64,000 bases of DNA from NCBI RefSeq assembly GCF_963921235.1, contig NC_086109.1, positions 13,642,001 to 13,706,000 on the forward strand, written 5' to 3'. A model generated the notes under the pieces. The model did not search any database. It was not told where the DNA came from and was given only the letters and a program-made list of their open reading frames with translations. Made by a program: the position numbers and the translations under genes. Shown here in pieces: positions 24,411 to 37,730 of this stretch (the stretch's first letter is position 1; every line of letters begins with the position of its first letter). This stretch comes from Mobula hypostoma (taxonomy: Eukaryota).

Positions 24411-25035
24411 CTAATTCGAAATGGTTTGGGTGGAACCAGGAAGTAAAAGAGCTAAGAAAACATTGGCATGAGAGAAACAAGCTGTGGGACGTATTCAGCC
24501 GTCTGTGGAGGGGGATGGACAGTCGATGCTTGGGCTTGAAACCCTTCACCTGGACTGAAAGAGTAGGGGTGAGATGGTCAGTATAAAAAGGTGAAGAGGA
24601 GCAGAGGGCTAAGAACTGACGATGAATAGACAGAACCAGGCGAGGAGGAGTCGTAAGCAGACAGGAAGGAAAGGGGAGAGATAATGACAGAGGTAATTTT
24701 CACAAAGCAAAGTTAGGACTAAAGATGTAGATCTTCAATTCTTGGAATGTACACAAGAAAAGTACGGCAGAGAGCTAACAAGGCAAAGGACTATCTTAGA
24801 TTGAGTACATTGTCATGAGAAAGGCTAATTAATAAACGTGGTGAAGGAACCTTGTGGAAAGAGTGACTGTGGTATGATAGAATTTTGCATTATTATAGCA
24901 AGTAAATAATCCAACTGACAATCAAAAGAAATAGTGAGTTACAAGGAACAGATCGCAAAACTACATTGAAGGGGTGGGTCAGTGTGGTTTTTGAAATGGT
25001 TGGCATTTAAGGTAATAACGCAATATTTTTAAAAA

Positions 25036-25415
25036 GGGGTGGCGGGGCAGAGATAGCACTCTGTCAAAGGAGGAGTAAGGTTTTTCCTTCCCTCCGCTAT
25101 CCTGCAGGTCACCCTTGGGCAAGGTGTAGCACCTGCGTAGTCTCCTGATCAGGGTCATGTGAAGCCATGGGAGCAGGGGGTGGGTGGTCGTATGAGCAGC
25201 TGGTGCATATCACAAGTCCTGCTTACACGACCACTGACGCCAGGCAGACAGTCTCTGATGAGTATTGATAATGGCTGGGGTCACCCATGTTGTAAAGACA
25301 CTGCCCAGAAAAAGGCGATGGCAAACCACTTCTGTAGAAAAATATGCCAAGAACAAACATGGTCATGAAAAGACCAAGATCGCCCACGTCATACCACATG
25401 GCACATAATGGATGA
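25036..25415 (+). mobile_element. SINE-like family A copy
   Basis: Colinear with 515-872. Confidence 0.6.
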
Positions 25416-26896
25416 ACAATTACAAAATATTCAAAAAAATTCATTCCTTTAAGACACAACTAGAAATGATTCTTAGCACCCACCCTGTCAATTCCTTCAG
25501 AATTTTACTCATTTTGTTGAGATTTATGAATATCTCCTTAATTATCACACACTGCTGATCTACTGTCTTGAATGACAGGCGTAAAATGACAGAGAAGCTC
25601 AACAGGTCAGGCAGCATCTATGGAGAGAAATAAGCGGTTGATGTTTTGGGCCAAGACCCTTCGTTAGGAATTTTGTGAGTGTTGCTCTGGATTTCCAGCA
25701 TCTGCAGAAACTTTCATGGATATGATTTGCTTTGCTATCTTTACTCTGCTTTGTCTGTCCACTTAAGTCAATTTTGGCCTCATTCCATTGTAATTGCATT
25801 TATTTAAGGTTAGGACACCAGCCTCAGATCCGGGTGTTTCTGCCTCAGGGTGAATTTGTAATGCTACTGTTCTCTGATCGCAGTTTCCATGGACACGGTG
25901 CTCATCCAGAAACTTCATGCTGAAGAGGATACTTACTGCATAGTAGTTAGTGTAACACTATCACAATGCCAATGACCCCATGTTCAATTGTGCCACTGTC
26001 TGTAAGGAGTTTGCATGTTCTCCCCACGACCCCGTGGCCTTCCTCTGGGTGCCCTTGTCTCCTCCCACAGTCCAAAAAAACATGGATTAAGTTTAAAAGG
26101 TGTATTTGATTTATTGATTGAGATACAACGTGGAATAGGCCCTTCTGGCCCTTTGAGCCGTGCCATGCTGCAACCCTCCTGCTTAAACCTGGCATAATCA
26201 CGGGACAATTTACAGTGACCAATGAACCTACCAACCAGTACGTCTTTAGACTGCGGGAGTGAACTGCTGAACTGCAGCATCTGGAGAAAACTCATGTGGT
26301 CATGGGGAGGACATAAGGATTCCTTCCAGAGGACGCTGGAATTGAACTCCAAACTTCAATGCCTCCAGCTGTAGCTGCATCATGCTAACTGCTGCAATAC
26401 CATGGTAGCAGCATAGTTGTGGACGTCCACGCTGGCACCAGAGGCACGGCAGGCTTCCCACAGCTCATTCTCAGAATACGTTAGTCATTTACACAAGCAG
26501 CATATTTCCTTGTGTGTTTTGAGACACAAATGACTAATAGAACTAATCTATATTTAGGGGCAAGCTGACCCAGGGCAAGTAATGGGTTCTGTTTTCACAG
26601 AGGTCCTCAAATCAGAAAATACACTTAAATCACTCCATGTGGTAACCATTGTCCCACAGTATTGCAATGAAGAGTACCAAATGTGCATAAGATCAATAAG
26701 AAAGAATAATTACTAAAAGTGGAGAGAAAGAGCCATCTATAGGAACAAATGTATGAATTTACAGTAGACTTTTGAATGAAATAATATTATGAGAGCTTGT
26801 TTATGTGTAGGGATGTCCACTAGTTTTGTGTTTGTAACCCAGGGGCAGCCTCTAGTGAGTTCCAAACCTCCACTACACATTGAGTTAAATAATACT

Positions 26897-27391
26897 TCCT
26901 GTACCTAATAAAGAGGCCACTGAGTGTATGTTCGTGGCTTCTGTTCCTGTAACCCATCCAGTTCAACGTTGGACATGTTGTGCATTCAGAGATGCTCTTC
27001 TGCACAGTAGTGTTGCATTTGAGTGACTGTCACTCGCCAATCTTGCCATTCTCCCAATCTCTTTCATTAGCAAGGGCATTTTCACCCGCAGACCTGCCGC
27101 TCATTGAACGCTTTTTTTGGTTTTTTGCACCATTCTCTGTAAACTCAAAAAAACTGTTGTGTGTGAAGATGCCAGGAGATTAGGAATCTCAGAAGTACTC
27201 AAACCATCCTGTCTAACACTAACAATAATTCCATGGTCAAAGTCAAATAGATCACATTTCTTCCCCATTCTGATGTTTGGTCTGACCATGTCGGTATATT
27301 TTTAATGCATGATGTTCCAATAGATTAGATGATTATATATTTGTATTAATGAACAAGTGTACAGATGTACTTAATAAAGTGGTCACTGAGC
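26897..27391 (-). mobile_element. Non-autonomous Tc1-like remnant
   Basis: Terminal motif GTACCTAATAAAGWGGYCACTGAG at ~26900 and ~27365. Minus-strand MGKKCDLFDFDHGIIV..LSTSE..LL resembles a Tc1 N-terminal HTH. Confidence 0.7.
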
Positions 27392-27669
27392 AATACTTTT
27401 TCCAAAGCCTTTCTAAGCTTCTTACTATTAACTTAATCCTCTGACCCCCTAATTAAGGATCTCCCTGGTAAGGAAAATAAGTCTTTGCTGTTTCCCTCTA
27501 TGCAGGTTTTTCATAATGGAGTAGATCCATAGAACAGTAGTCAGCATTACACTTTACAGTACCAGTGATCTTGTGATCATGATCGGGCTTCAATTCTCTG
27601 CTCTGGGTAAGGAGGTTGTACTTTCTCCCAATGACCCTATGCATTTCCTCCAGATGCTTCCTGCTTCCT

Positions 27670-28332
27670 TAGTAGTTTGTGAATATTCGTAATGGCATTC
27701 AAACCTTTGACAAACTTCTATAAGTCTGTGGTGAAGAGTATATTGACTGGCTGCATCACAGCCTGGTATGAAAGCACCAACGTCCTTGAGTGGAATTCTG
27801 AAACATATGCGATGCGGTCCAATCCATCACAGGTAAAGCCCTCCCTCCATTTAGCATATCTACACATGGAGCTGTCACAGGAAAATAGGAAAGTAGCATC
27901 ATCAGGGACACCCACCACCCAGGCCATGCTCTCTTCTTGCTGCTGCCATTAAGAAAAAGGAACAGGACTCACACCGCCAGGTTCAGGAACGGTCACTACC
28001 CCTCAACCATCAGGCTCGTGAACCAAAGGGGATAACTTCACGAGCTCCATCACTGAAATGTTCCCTCAACCTATGGACTCACTTTCAAGCACTCATCATT
28101 TCATGTTCATGATATTCATTGCTCACTTATTTTTTATTATTATTATTTCTTTCGTTTTGTATTTTGTTGTCTTTTGCACACTGGTTGAAGGCCCAAATTG
28201 GTGTGGTCTTTCCTTGATTCAGCTATGTTTACTATTTTATGAATTTATTGAGCACCACCCACAAGACAATGAATTTCAAGATTGTATATGGTGACCTGCA
28301 TGTATTTTGATAATAAATTTATTTTAAACTTT
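27670..28332 (+). mobile_element. Rex-Babar-type LINE 3' remnant
   Basis: LTNFYKSVVKSILTGCITAWY motif and family 3' UTR. Confidence 0.7.
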
Positions 28333-29502
28333 GGATTTTGGATGCTGCAGTTTCTTCCCACATTCCAAAGACATAGTAAGTTGCGGGCATATTATATCAA
28401 AGCCGAAAACATGCTGACACCCACAGATTTCCGCCAGCACATTCCGAGACTGTGTTGGTCATTGGTGTAAACAGTATGTTTCACTGTGTGTTTCAATATA
28501 CATGTAGGAAATAAAGCTAATTTTTAATCTTTAATTTTATATAGCTCATATAAATGAAGAGGAAATAGACAAAGGAAATCATAAAATGACATTTGCAGAC
28601 CCAGCTCTCTGTGAACCCAGGGAAATATCTTCAACATATTTGTAGAGGTTAGTGCCCAAATATGATTGTGGTTCTTTGTAAACTGCCTGAGCTATTATTG
28701 ACTTTGGAATACAGACAGGCCCTCTCTGCAGACAGTACCACTGGCTCTCTCTCTCTATTCCTCTCAAATGCAGGGGTTTTTCCTGGGGCTTTCCACAACA
28801 AGACCCTGAGGAGCTGAGTATTTATTGACCAAATAATGTAGCATTTTCCATTCTGTTAGCATTATGTTATTTATTCTGGAACTTCTTCTATAGCAAAGAG
28901 AAAAAAAAGCATTGATAAATTGGCTATTATGAATTCAGAGTGGAATTCGGTCATAAAGTAAGTGTAATCATAAGGGAACCACAATGGCATTTTTTTGTCC
29001 AATGTAAGTATCAATGTTCCTATGACCATACCAGAGATGCTAGCTGTTGAACACGTACAGTGGCTCTCTATTTTACTTGTCAGAACCCGACCTTTGGAGA
29101 AGGCAGGAGAATGGATTTAAGATGGAAAATAAATCAGCCATGATTGAATGTTGCAACTTACTCAACTGGCTGAATGGATTAATTCTGCTCCCATGTCTTA
29201 TGATCTTGTGGATGCTACACTAAATTCTCCCATTAGTATTGAAGCAGTTTTTAAGCTAGAAATAATCGTAAAATACACAAGAGATCTGCAGATGCTGGAA
29301 GTACAGTGTAACACATACAAAATACTGGAGGAACTCAGCAGCATCTATTGAAAGGAATAAAGAGTCAATATTTTGGGTTGAGACCCTTCATCTGCGCTCA
29401 TGATCATAATTACAATCATATTGTGCAGTGTTAATCAATGCCGGAATACTATGTACTCCATTAGTTTTAACTGTTCATCTATTTATTTATTTATTGAGTT
29501 AC

Positions 29503-29817
29503 TGTGTGGGCACGTGGCCAAGTGGTTAAGGCATTGGACTAGCTACCTGAAGGTCATGAGTTCGAGCCCCAGCCAAGGCAATGTGTTGTGTCCTTGAGCA
29601 AGGCACTTAACCACACATTGCTCTGCGACGACACTGGTGCCAAGCTGTATGGGTCCTAATGCTCTTCCCTTGGACAACACTGGTGTCATGAGGGAAGACT
29701 TGCAGCATGGGCAACTGCTGGTCTTCCATACAACCTTGCCCAGGCCTGTGCCCTGGAGAGTGAAGACTTTCCAGGTGTAGATGCGTGGTCTCACAAGACT
29801 AACGGATGCCTTTATCA
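29503..29817 (+). mobile_element. tRNA-derived SINE with CORE-like central motif
   Basis: A box TGGCCAAGTGG, B box GTTCGAGCC, GTGTCCTTGAGCAAGGCACTTAACC. 16-bp TSD TTATTTATTGAGTTAC (29487-502 and 29818-33). Confidence 0.85.
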
Positions 29818-31335
29818 TTATTTATTGAGTTACAGTGAGGAAGAGACCCTTCTGGCCCTTCAAGCAATTCCTCAATTTGACCTTAGCCTAATCATGGGAC
29901 AGTTTACAATGCCCAATTAACCCACCAACCGGGTCGTCTTTGGACTGTGAGAGGAAACCAGAGCTCCCAGAGGAACCCCACTTTGTCATGGGGAGAATGT
30001 ACAAATTCCTTACAGGCAGCAGTGGCAGGAATAAAGCCCAGTTTGCCTGCACTGTAAAGTGTTGTTCTAACCACTACGCTACCATGCCCACTTATGGGTA
30101 GTGTTTGGATGATTATTCAAAGATTCAAAATGCAATTATTATCAGCGAATGTATAAATTATACAAACTCAAGATTTGTTTGTTTAACAGGCCGTCACAAA
30201 GCAAGGAACCCAAAAGAACCCAATTTTTAAAGAAGTAAGACCAACCCCACTGCCAACAGCAACGAGAGAGAAAAAACAGATCATGCAAACAATAGAAGCG
30301 AACAACAGCAACAGCATTGCGAACCAAATTGAGTCCTTACATCCAGATCCCGAAGCAGCTCGGAGTAGGCCGAAAGCCTCAATATTCAGTGCATCATGTT
30401 GGCGGGATAAGTTGTCACATAGGTCACAGTCACGAAGCACAGCAGCCAGAAGTAGTCTCACAGCCTTAGCATCACAGAGTGAGGAGCCTCCAGACCATCT
30501 GGGCTGGTGTTTAAGTTGTCCGAATCTTGCACTTGGAACTGGGCCGCGCTGCGGCGAATCACTCCAGGCCTGGATTTCACTGCCAGAGAAGCCATGCTCA
30601 ACCTCTCCAAAGTGTGATCCAACCTCACCCAACTCTTGATACCCAGCCCTTCCGGTCTATCTGGATCGGTGTTTAGATTGTACAAACAGCGTATTGTACC
30701 TCGCATTAGGATCCAGACCTCGCCGTGTCAAATCGCTCCGGGCCTAGAACATGCTGCCCAGCAATTCGCTTCAGACCTGGATTTCACTACCAAAGAAGCC
30801 ATTCTTGACCTCACCAAATCGGCTCAGCACTTAGAGCAGTCCACCCTCGCACCCCAATAAGTTGGACGGGCATCATCCCGTCTTCTCCCCTCCGAATCGT
30901 CCACTCCAACCAGCACAGCTCCAATTCCGAGTGCCAATTTTGATTATTCAATGAAATGAAAGAATTATAACAGAAGTACAACATAGCTACCTATAAAAAT
31001 GGGGACATTCTGATTCACAGAAGATTTGTCTTACAGTTAACTCTTGGTAGAACCCTTACATAACCCAGGGACTGCCTGTATTGGCAGAAATACCAACAGA
31101 GGCTTTCACAGTCTTCTTCAAATGAGTGAAAAGGGCTCTCTTAAGTGAAAGAGCAGAACATCTGAGGATTACATTCCACTGGGAGATGGGGTTTCACTCC
31201 CTCAGCATCACATTGCATTGGGAAACTGGTCAATCTAAAACACTGGACAACAAAGATTTTGCTTCCTGAGTACCTTTAGGTGTACCTTATGAATTATGGG
31301 CTACTGATCATGAAAATCACCATGAAATTTCCCTA

Positions 31336-32392
31336 TCATAGTCATAGTCATACTTTATTGATCCAAGGGAAATTGGTTTTTGTTACAGTTGCACCATAAA
31401 TAATAAATAGTAATAAAACCATAAATAGTTAAATAGTAATATGTAAATTATGCCAGGAAAGTAAGTCCAGGACCAGCCTATTGGCTCAGGGTGTCTGACC
31501 CTCCAAGGCAGGAGTTGTAAAGTTTGATGGCCACAGGCAGGAATGACTTCCTATGACGCTCTGTGTTGCATCTTGGTGGAATGAGTCTCTGGCTGAATGT
31601 ACTCCTGTGCCCAACCAGTACATTATGTAGTGGATGGGAGACATTGTCCAAGATGGCATGCGACTTGGACAGCATCCTCTTTTCAGACACCACCGTCAGA
31701 GAGTCCAGTTCCATCCACACAACATCACTGGCCTTACGAATGAGTTTGTTGATTTTGCTGGTGTCTGCTACCCTCAGCCTGCTGCCCCAGCACACAACAG
31801 CAAACATGATAGCACTGGCCACCACAGACTCGTAGAACATCCTCAGCATCGTCTGGCAGATGTTAAAGGACCTCAGTCTCCTCAGGAAATAGAGACAGCT
31901 CTGACCCTTCTTGTAGACAGCGTCCGTGTTCTTTGACCAGTCCAGTTTATTGTCAATTCGTATCCCCAGGTATTTGTAATCCTCCACCATGTCCACACTG
32001 ACCCCCTGGATGGAAACAGGGGTCACCGGTGCCTTAGCTCTCCTCAGATCTACCACCAGCTCCTTAGTCTTTTTCACATTAAGCTGCAGATAATTCTGCT
32101 CACACCATGTGACAAAGTTTCCTACTGTAGCTCTGTACTCAGCCTCATCTCCCTTGCTGATGCATCCAACTATGGCAGAGTCATCAGAAAACTTCTGAAG
32201 ATGACAAGACTCTGTGCAGTAGTTGAAGTCCGAGGTGTAAATGGTGAAGAGAAAGGGAGACAAGACAGTCCCCTGTGGAGCCCCAGTGCTGCTGATCACT
32301 CTGTCAGACACACAGTGTTGCAAGCACACGTACTGTGGTCTGCCAGTCAGGTAATCAAGAATCCATGACACCAGGGAAGCATCCACCATCAT
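31336..32392 (-). mobile_element. Rex1/Babar LINE, 5'-truncated, 304-codon open RT C-terminus
   Basis: WILDYLTGRPQ..GAPQGTVLSPFLF..KFSDD..YKYLG. (gactat)n tail. Confidence 0.9.
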
Positions 32393-33117
32393 GCACCATT
32401 TTTAAATAAACTTATGTTTATTATTTCAATTCATAATTCAAGTCAATGTAAGCTGGAAAGTTTCCTATCTTGTCCAGGCACGCTTGGGCATGCTTAGGTT
32501 GTGTGGCTGCTGCCTGGCAGGACAGGTTTTAGTAATAATTATTGGGTTCAGGACTGTAGGGGTGGAATTTGCTATCACCAGGCACAAAAATTTCTATAAA
32601 GGATTTTGATATTTGAGACAGATGCTTCCCAAAATAACTGATGCTAAGATTAAGGAAAGCATATTTGTTGGTCCACAAATCAAACAGGTCAGCAATGACA
32701 GGCAATTTGAAGAATTTCTGGTGGGACTGGAAGGCACTCAAGGAAGTTGTTGAAATTTTTCTCGGCATCTACAGAGCACCAAACTACATGCAGCTGGTTG
32801 AAAGCATGCTTCAAGCATATAAAACCATGAAATGCAACATGTCACTAAAGATTCATTTTCTGCACTCCCATTTAGACTTCTTCCCTGCAATCTTGGTGCT
32901 GTTAGTGACAAGCATGATGAAAGCTTTCACCAGGACATTGCGGTCATGGAGAAAAGATACCAGGGCAACTGGAATCCATCAATGCTGGCGAATTATTGTT
33001 GGATACTTAAGTGAGGAGCCTCAGACACTGAGTACAAATGAAAATCATGAACAAAATATTTTTAACTTAGTTGAACTATTGCAAGGTATCAGCACCATTC
33101 TGCAATTAAACACATTA

Positions 33118-34708
33118 CAGGTGTCCCCTGCTTTTCGAACGTTTGCTTTACGAAACCTCACTGTTATGAAAGACCTACATTAGTACCCTGTTTTCGCTTT
33201 CAGAAGGTGTTTTCACTGTTACGAAAAAAAGCAGCGCGCGCCCCAAGCAGCTACTTTTCCCGGGATTCGGAACAGCATTCTCGCCGGCATTGCTTAAACA
33301 CGTGTCTGTGAGCAGCTATTTGCAAGCTGAGTTCTATGGTGTCAGAAAAGCCTGAAAGAGCTCGTAAGGGTGTTACACTTAGCGTAAAACTAGACATAAT
33401 TAAGCAATTCAATCGTGGTGAACGAAGTAAGGACTAAGTGAGTTTGGCTTGTGGAAGCTGACGAAGATGATGTTGAAGAGGTTTTGGAATCCCATGACCA
33501 AAACCTGATAGATGAAGAGCTGATGCAATTGGAAGAGGAAAGGATAACAATCGAAACCGAATGCAGTGGCGAAAGTGAAGCAACTATGTGAGATTTTCGC
33601 TACAATGATAAAGTACGACTTTAATTTTGAAAGGGTACGTAGGTTTAGGGGATATTTGCAAGATGGTTTGAGTCCTTACAAAGAACTGTATGATAGAAAA
33701 ATGCGCGAGGTTCAGCAGTCAAGCAAGCCTTCCACATCAGCCACAGCAGACGATGAACCTCAACCTTCAACATCGAGGCGGGCAGTCATAGGAGAAGATG
33801 AGCTGCCTGCTCTGATGGAAACAGATGAAATAGATGACACCCCAGTGTCCCACCACCCCAACACCCAGGCCGTGGACAGATACTGTACCGATTCGCGGAG
33901 AATGCAGCAGTAGCCGGGAGGTACACAGCACATCCTTAAGCAAAAAGCCGAAATAAACATGCTAATTAATTAGGTGCTGCCCGACATGTAAGTGTTGGCC
34001 CAGATCATAGACGACGCAGTCAGAAATCGGCACTGATCTGGGCCGACAATTATGTGTCGGGCGGCACCTAATTAATTAGCATGTTTATTTTGGCTTTTTT
34101 CTTAAAGATGTGCTGTGTGCCCCCCGGCTACCGCTGCGTTCTTCGCGGCAATGTATCGGGTTGGCGGCCCGGAGGGTGGGGGCCACTGCACCACCCCAAC
34201 CTGCGACGACTCAGTCTAACACACCATCATCAGTGCACTCGGCGCTGTTTTCCCAATTCCGGTAAGTGATACTACACTGCACATACATTATTTCTACTTT
34301 ATATAGGCTGTGTATTTTTATGTGTTATTTTATATGATTGGCAGCTTCATAGCTTAAAGGTTACTGGAGAGCGTGTTTATGCCAACAGCGCTCACATGAG
34401 ATTTTCTGCCGAGAGCACTTGCGTGAGATTTTCACTACGGAGATCTGTGCAGGCAAGCGTTGTATAGAAGTAGTTCTACTTTATATAGGCTGTGTATTTA
34501 TCATATCATTCCTGCTTTTACTATACGTTACTGTTATTTTATGTTTTATGTGTTATTTGGCATGATTTGGTAGGTTATTTTTAGGTCTGCGAGCGCTCAC
34601 AAAATATTCCCATATAAATAAATGGTAATTGCTTCTTCGCTTTACGACATTTCGGCTTACGAACCGTTTCATAGGAACACTCTACCTTCGGATTGCAGGG
34701 GAAACCTG
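33118..34708 (+). mobile_element. Tigger/pogo-like non-autonomous DNA transposon
   Basis: TIRs CAGGTGTCCCCTGC / GCAGGGGAAACCTG, TA on both sides. Remnant RKGVTLSVKLDIIK (HTH start) and an acidic C-terminal trace. Confidence 0.75.
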
Positions 34709-35521
34709 TATATGCAATAAAAGTTAATTTGTTGTTTCTCCAAATTCCTACGTGATACAAGTAGTCTGAAATTGTATTTGTGTTCATCTTCAAGCAGTCT
34801 ATCATAAACAAAAGAAAATTCTGAGGAAGCAACACTTTAAAAAAAATTTGTTGTCCAGCGAAATCAGCCGAGCAAGTATTTTACGTCTGACATGGAGGCT
34901 TTGTTGCACAGGATTGGAAAAAGCTGCAGAGGTTGTCAACTCCTCCAGCTCCTTCATGAGCACAACCCTCCCCAGCATCAATAACATCTCCAAAAGGCAG
35001 TCCCCAAAAAAGGAGCTCACCACCCAGAACATGCCCACGTCTCATTACCACCACCAGGGGTGGAGGTATAGGAGCCTGGAGACACACACTTTCCACTTCA
35101 GGGACAGCTTCTTTCACTCTGCCATCAGATTTCTGAATGGCCATTGAACCCATGAAGACTATCTCACTATTTGCTCACTTTTTGCACTACTTATTTATGT
35201 CCTATATATATTTTTTTACCGTAAGATCGTAACTTTTGTATGCATTGCACTGTACTACTACAAAGCAACACACTCATGGCATACGTCAGCAATAATGAAG
35301 TTGATTCTGAGTAACGGGCACCTGGAACGTTCTGCCAAGGATTGTACTGGAAGTCAATGCAATAGGTCAAAGTTCAAAAGTTCAAAGTAAATTTATTATC
35401 AAAGTACATAGATGTCATCAAGTACGAACCTGAGATTCATTTTCTTGTAGGCATACTCAATAAAGCTATAGAATAATAACCACAACAGAATCAATGAAAG
35501 ACTGCCAAACCAGCAGCATTT

Positions 35522-37730
35522 TAGTGGAGAAAGGGAAATTACAGTGGTATGAGAGAATTGGCCAAAGTAAATTGGAAGGAGCTGCTGGCACGGATGTCAG
35601 CAGAGTAGCAATGGAAAAATTGTTCCTGGGAAAAATGAAGAAGGTGCAGGACATGTGTATCCCAAAAATGAAGAAATACTCAAATGGTGAAATAGTACAA
35701 CCCTGGCTGACAAGGGAAGTCAAAGCTGTTGTAAAAGCAAAAGAAAGGGCATACAACTAAGCAAAAATGATTGGGAAGATAGAGGATTGGGAAGTGTTTA
35801 AAAACCTACAGAGAGCCACTATAAAAAATAGAAGGGAAAAGATGAAATACAAAAGCAAGTTAGCAAATAATATCAAAGTGCAAAGTGGAAGTTTTTCAAG
35901 TATGTTAAAAATAGAAGAGAAAGGAGAGTCAATAGAGGGCCACTAGAAAATGAGGCAGGAGAAATAATAGCAGAGGACAAGGAGATGACTGATGAACTAA
36001 ATGAGTATTTTGCATCAATCTTCACTGTGGAAGATGCGAGCAGTATGCCTGATGTTGTAGTGTGTGAAGGAAGAGACGGGGGTGCAGTTACTGTTACAAG
36101 AGAGAAGGTGCTCAAAAAGATGAAAGATCTAAAGGTACATAAGTCACCTGGACCAGAGGAACTACACCCTATGGTTCTGAAAGACGTTGAGTTAGAGATT
36201 GTGGTGGCATTAGAAATAATCTTTCAAAAATCATTGGACTCTGGCATGGTGCCAGATGACTGGAAAACTGCAAATGTTACTCCACTCTTTAAGAAAGCAG
36301 GAAGGCAGCAGAAAGGAAATTATAGACCAGTTAACCTGACTTCAGTGGTTGGGAAGATGTTAGAATCAATTGCTAAGTATGAGGTGATGGAGTACTTGGT
36401 GACACAGGACAAGATAGTACAAAGTCAGCATGGCTTCCTTCAGGGAAAATCCTGCCTGATGAACCTGTTGGAATTGTTTGAGGAGATTACAAGTGGGATA
36501 GATAAAGGGGATGCATTAGATGTTGTATATTTGGACTTTCAGAAGGCCTTTGACAAGGTGCAACATAGGAAGCTGCTTACCAAGTTAAGAGCTCATGGTA
36601 TTACAGGAAAGTTACTAACATGATTAGAGCATTGGCAGATTGGTAGGAGGCAGCAATTGGAAATAAAAGGATCCTTTTCTGGTTAGCTGCCAGTGACTAG
36701 TAGTGTTCCGCAGTGGTCAGTTTTGGGATTACTTATTTTTATGCTGTATATAAATGATTTAGATGATGGAATAGATGGCTTTGTTGCCAAGTTTGCAGAT
36801 GATACGAAGATTGGTGGGGGGCAGGTAGTGTTGAGGAAACAGGTAGGATGTAGAAGGACTTCGACAGATTCAGAGAATGGGCAAGAAAGTGGCAAATGAA
36901 GTACAATGTTGGAAAATGCATGGTCTTGCACTTTGGTGGTTGAAATAAATGTGCGGACTATTTTCTAAGGGGGAGAGAATCCAGGAATCTGAGATGCAAA
37001 GGGACTTGGGAGCCTTGTGCAGAACACCCTGAAGGTTAACTTGCTGGTTGAGTTGGTGGTGAGGAAGGCAAATGCCATGTTAGCATTCATTACAAGAGAT
37101 CTAGAATACAAGAGCAAGGATGTGATGCTGAGGCTTTATAAGGCACTGGTGAGGCCTCACCTTGAGTATTGTGAACAGTTTTGGGCCCCTCATCTTAGAA
37201 AAGATGTGCTGGCATTGGAGAGGGTCCAGAGGAGGTTCACAAGGATGATTCCAGGAATGAAAGGGTTATCATACGAGGAATGTTTGATGGCTCTGGGTCT
37301 GTACTTGCTGGAATTCAAAAAGATGAGGGGTGATCTCACTGAAACCTTTTGAATGTTGAAAGGCCTAGACAGAGTAGATGTGGAAAGGATATTTCCCATG
37401 GTGGGAGAATCTAGGACAAGAGGGCACAGCCTCAGGATAGAGAGGCATCCTTTCAAAACAGAGCTGGAGAGAAATTTCTTTACTGGTGAATTTGTGGAAT
37501 TTGTTGCCGCATGCAGCTGTGGAGGCCAGGTTGTTGGGTGAATTTAAGGCAGAGATTGATAGGTTCTCGATTGAACATGGCATTAAAGGTTACGGGGAGA
37601 AGGCCGGGAACTGGGATTGAGGAAGAGACAGAATAAAAGAATCAGCCATGATTGAATGGCAGAGCAGACTCGATGGGACAGATGGCCTAATTCTGCTCCT
37701 ATGTCTTATGGTCTTATGGTTTTATGGTCT
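35522..37730 (+). mobile_element. CR1 LINE, 5'-truncated, decayed ORF2
   Basis: KSPGP..DWKTANVTPLFKK..NYRPVNLTS..YLDFQKAFDKV, KFADD, LYKALVRPHLEY. (tatggtct)n tail. Confidence 0.9.

Larger units (their letters stand above)
31241..34860 (+). mobile_element. Chapaev3-type (CMC superfamily) DNA transposon remnant hosting nested insertions
   Basis: Termini CACTGGACAACAAA / TTTGTTGTCCAGCG with AAA on both flanks (3-bp TSD). Transposase C-terminus MSLKIHFLHSHLDFFP..LGAVSD.H.E.FHQDI..MEKRYQG.W...MLANYCW across two frames (32641-33014). Confidence 0.8.

Noticed and set aside
29507..29580. Possible tRNA gene
   Set aside because: Has A/B boxes but an imperfect cloverleaf, and continues into a SINE body bounded by a TSD.
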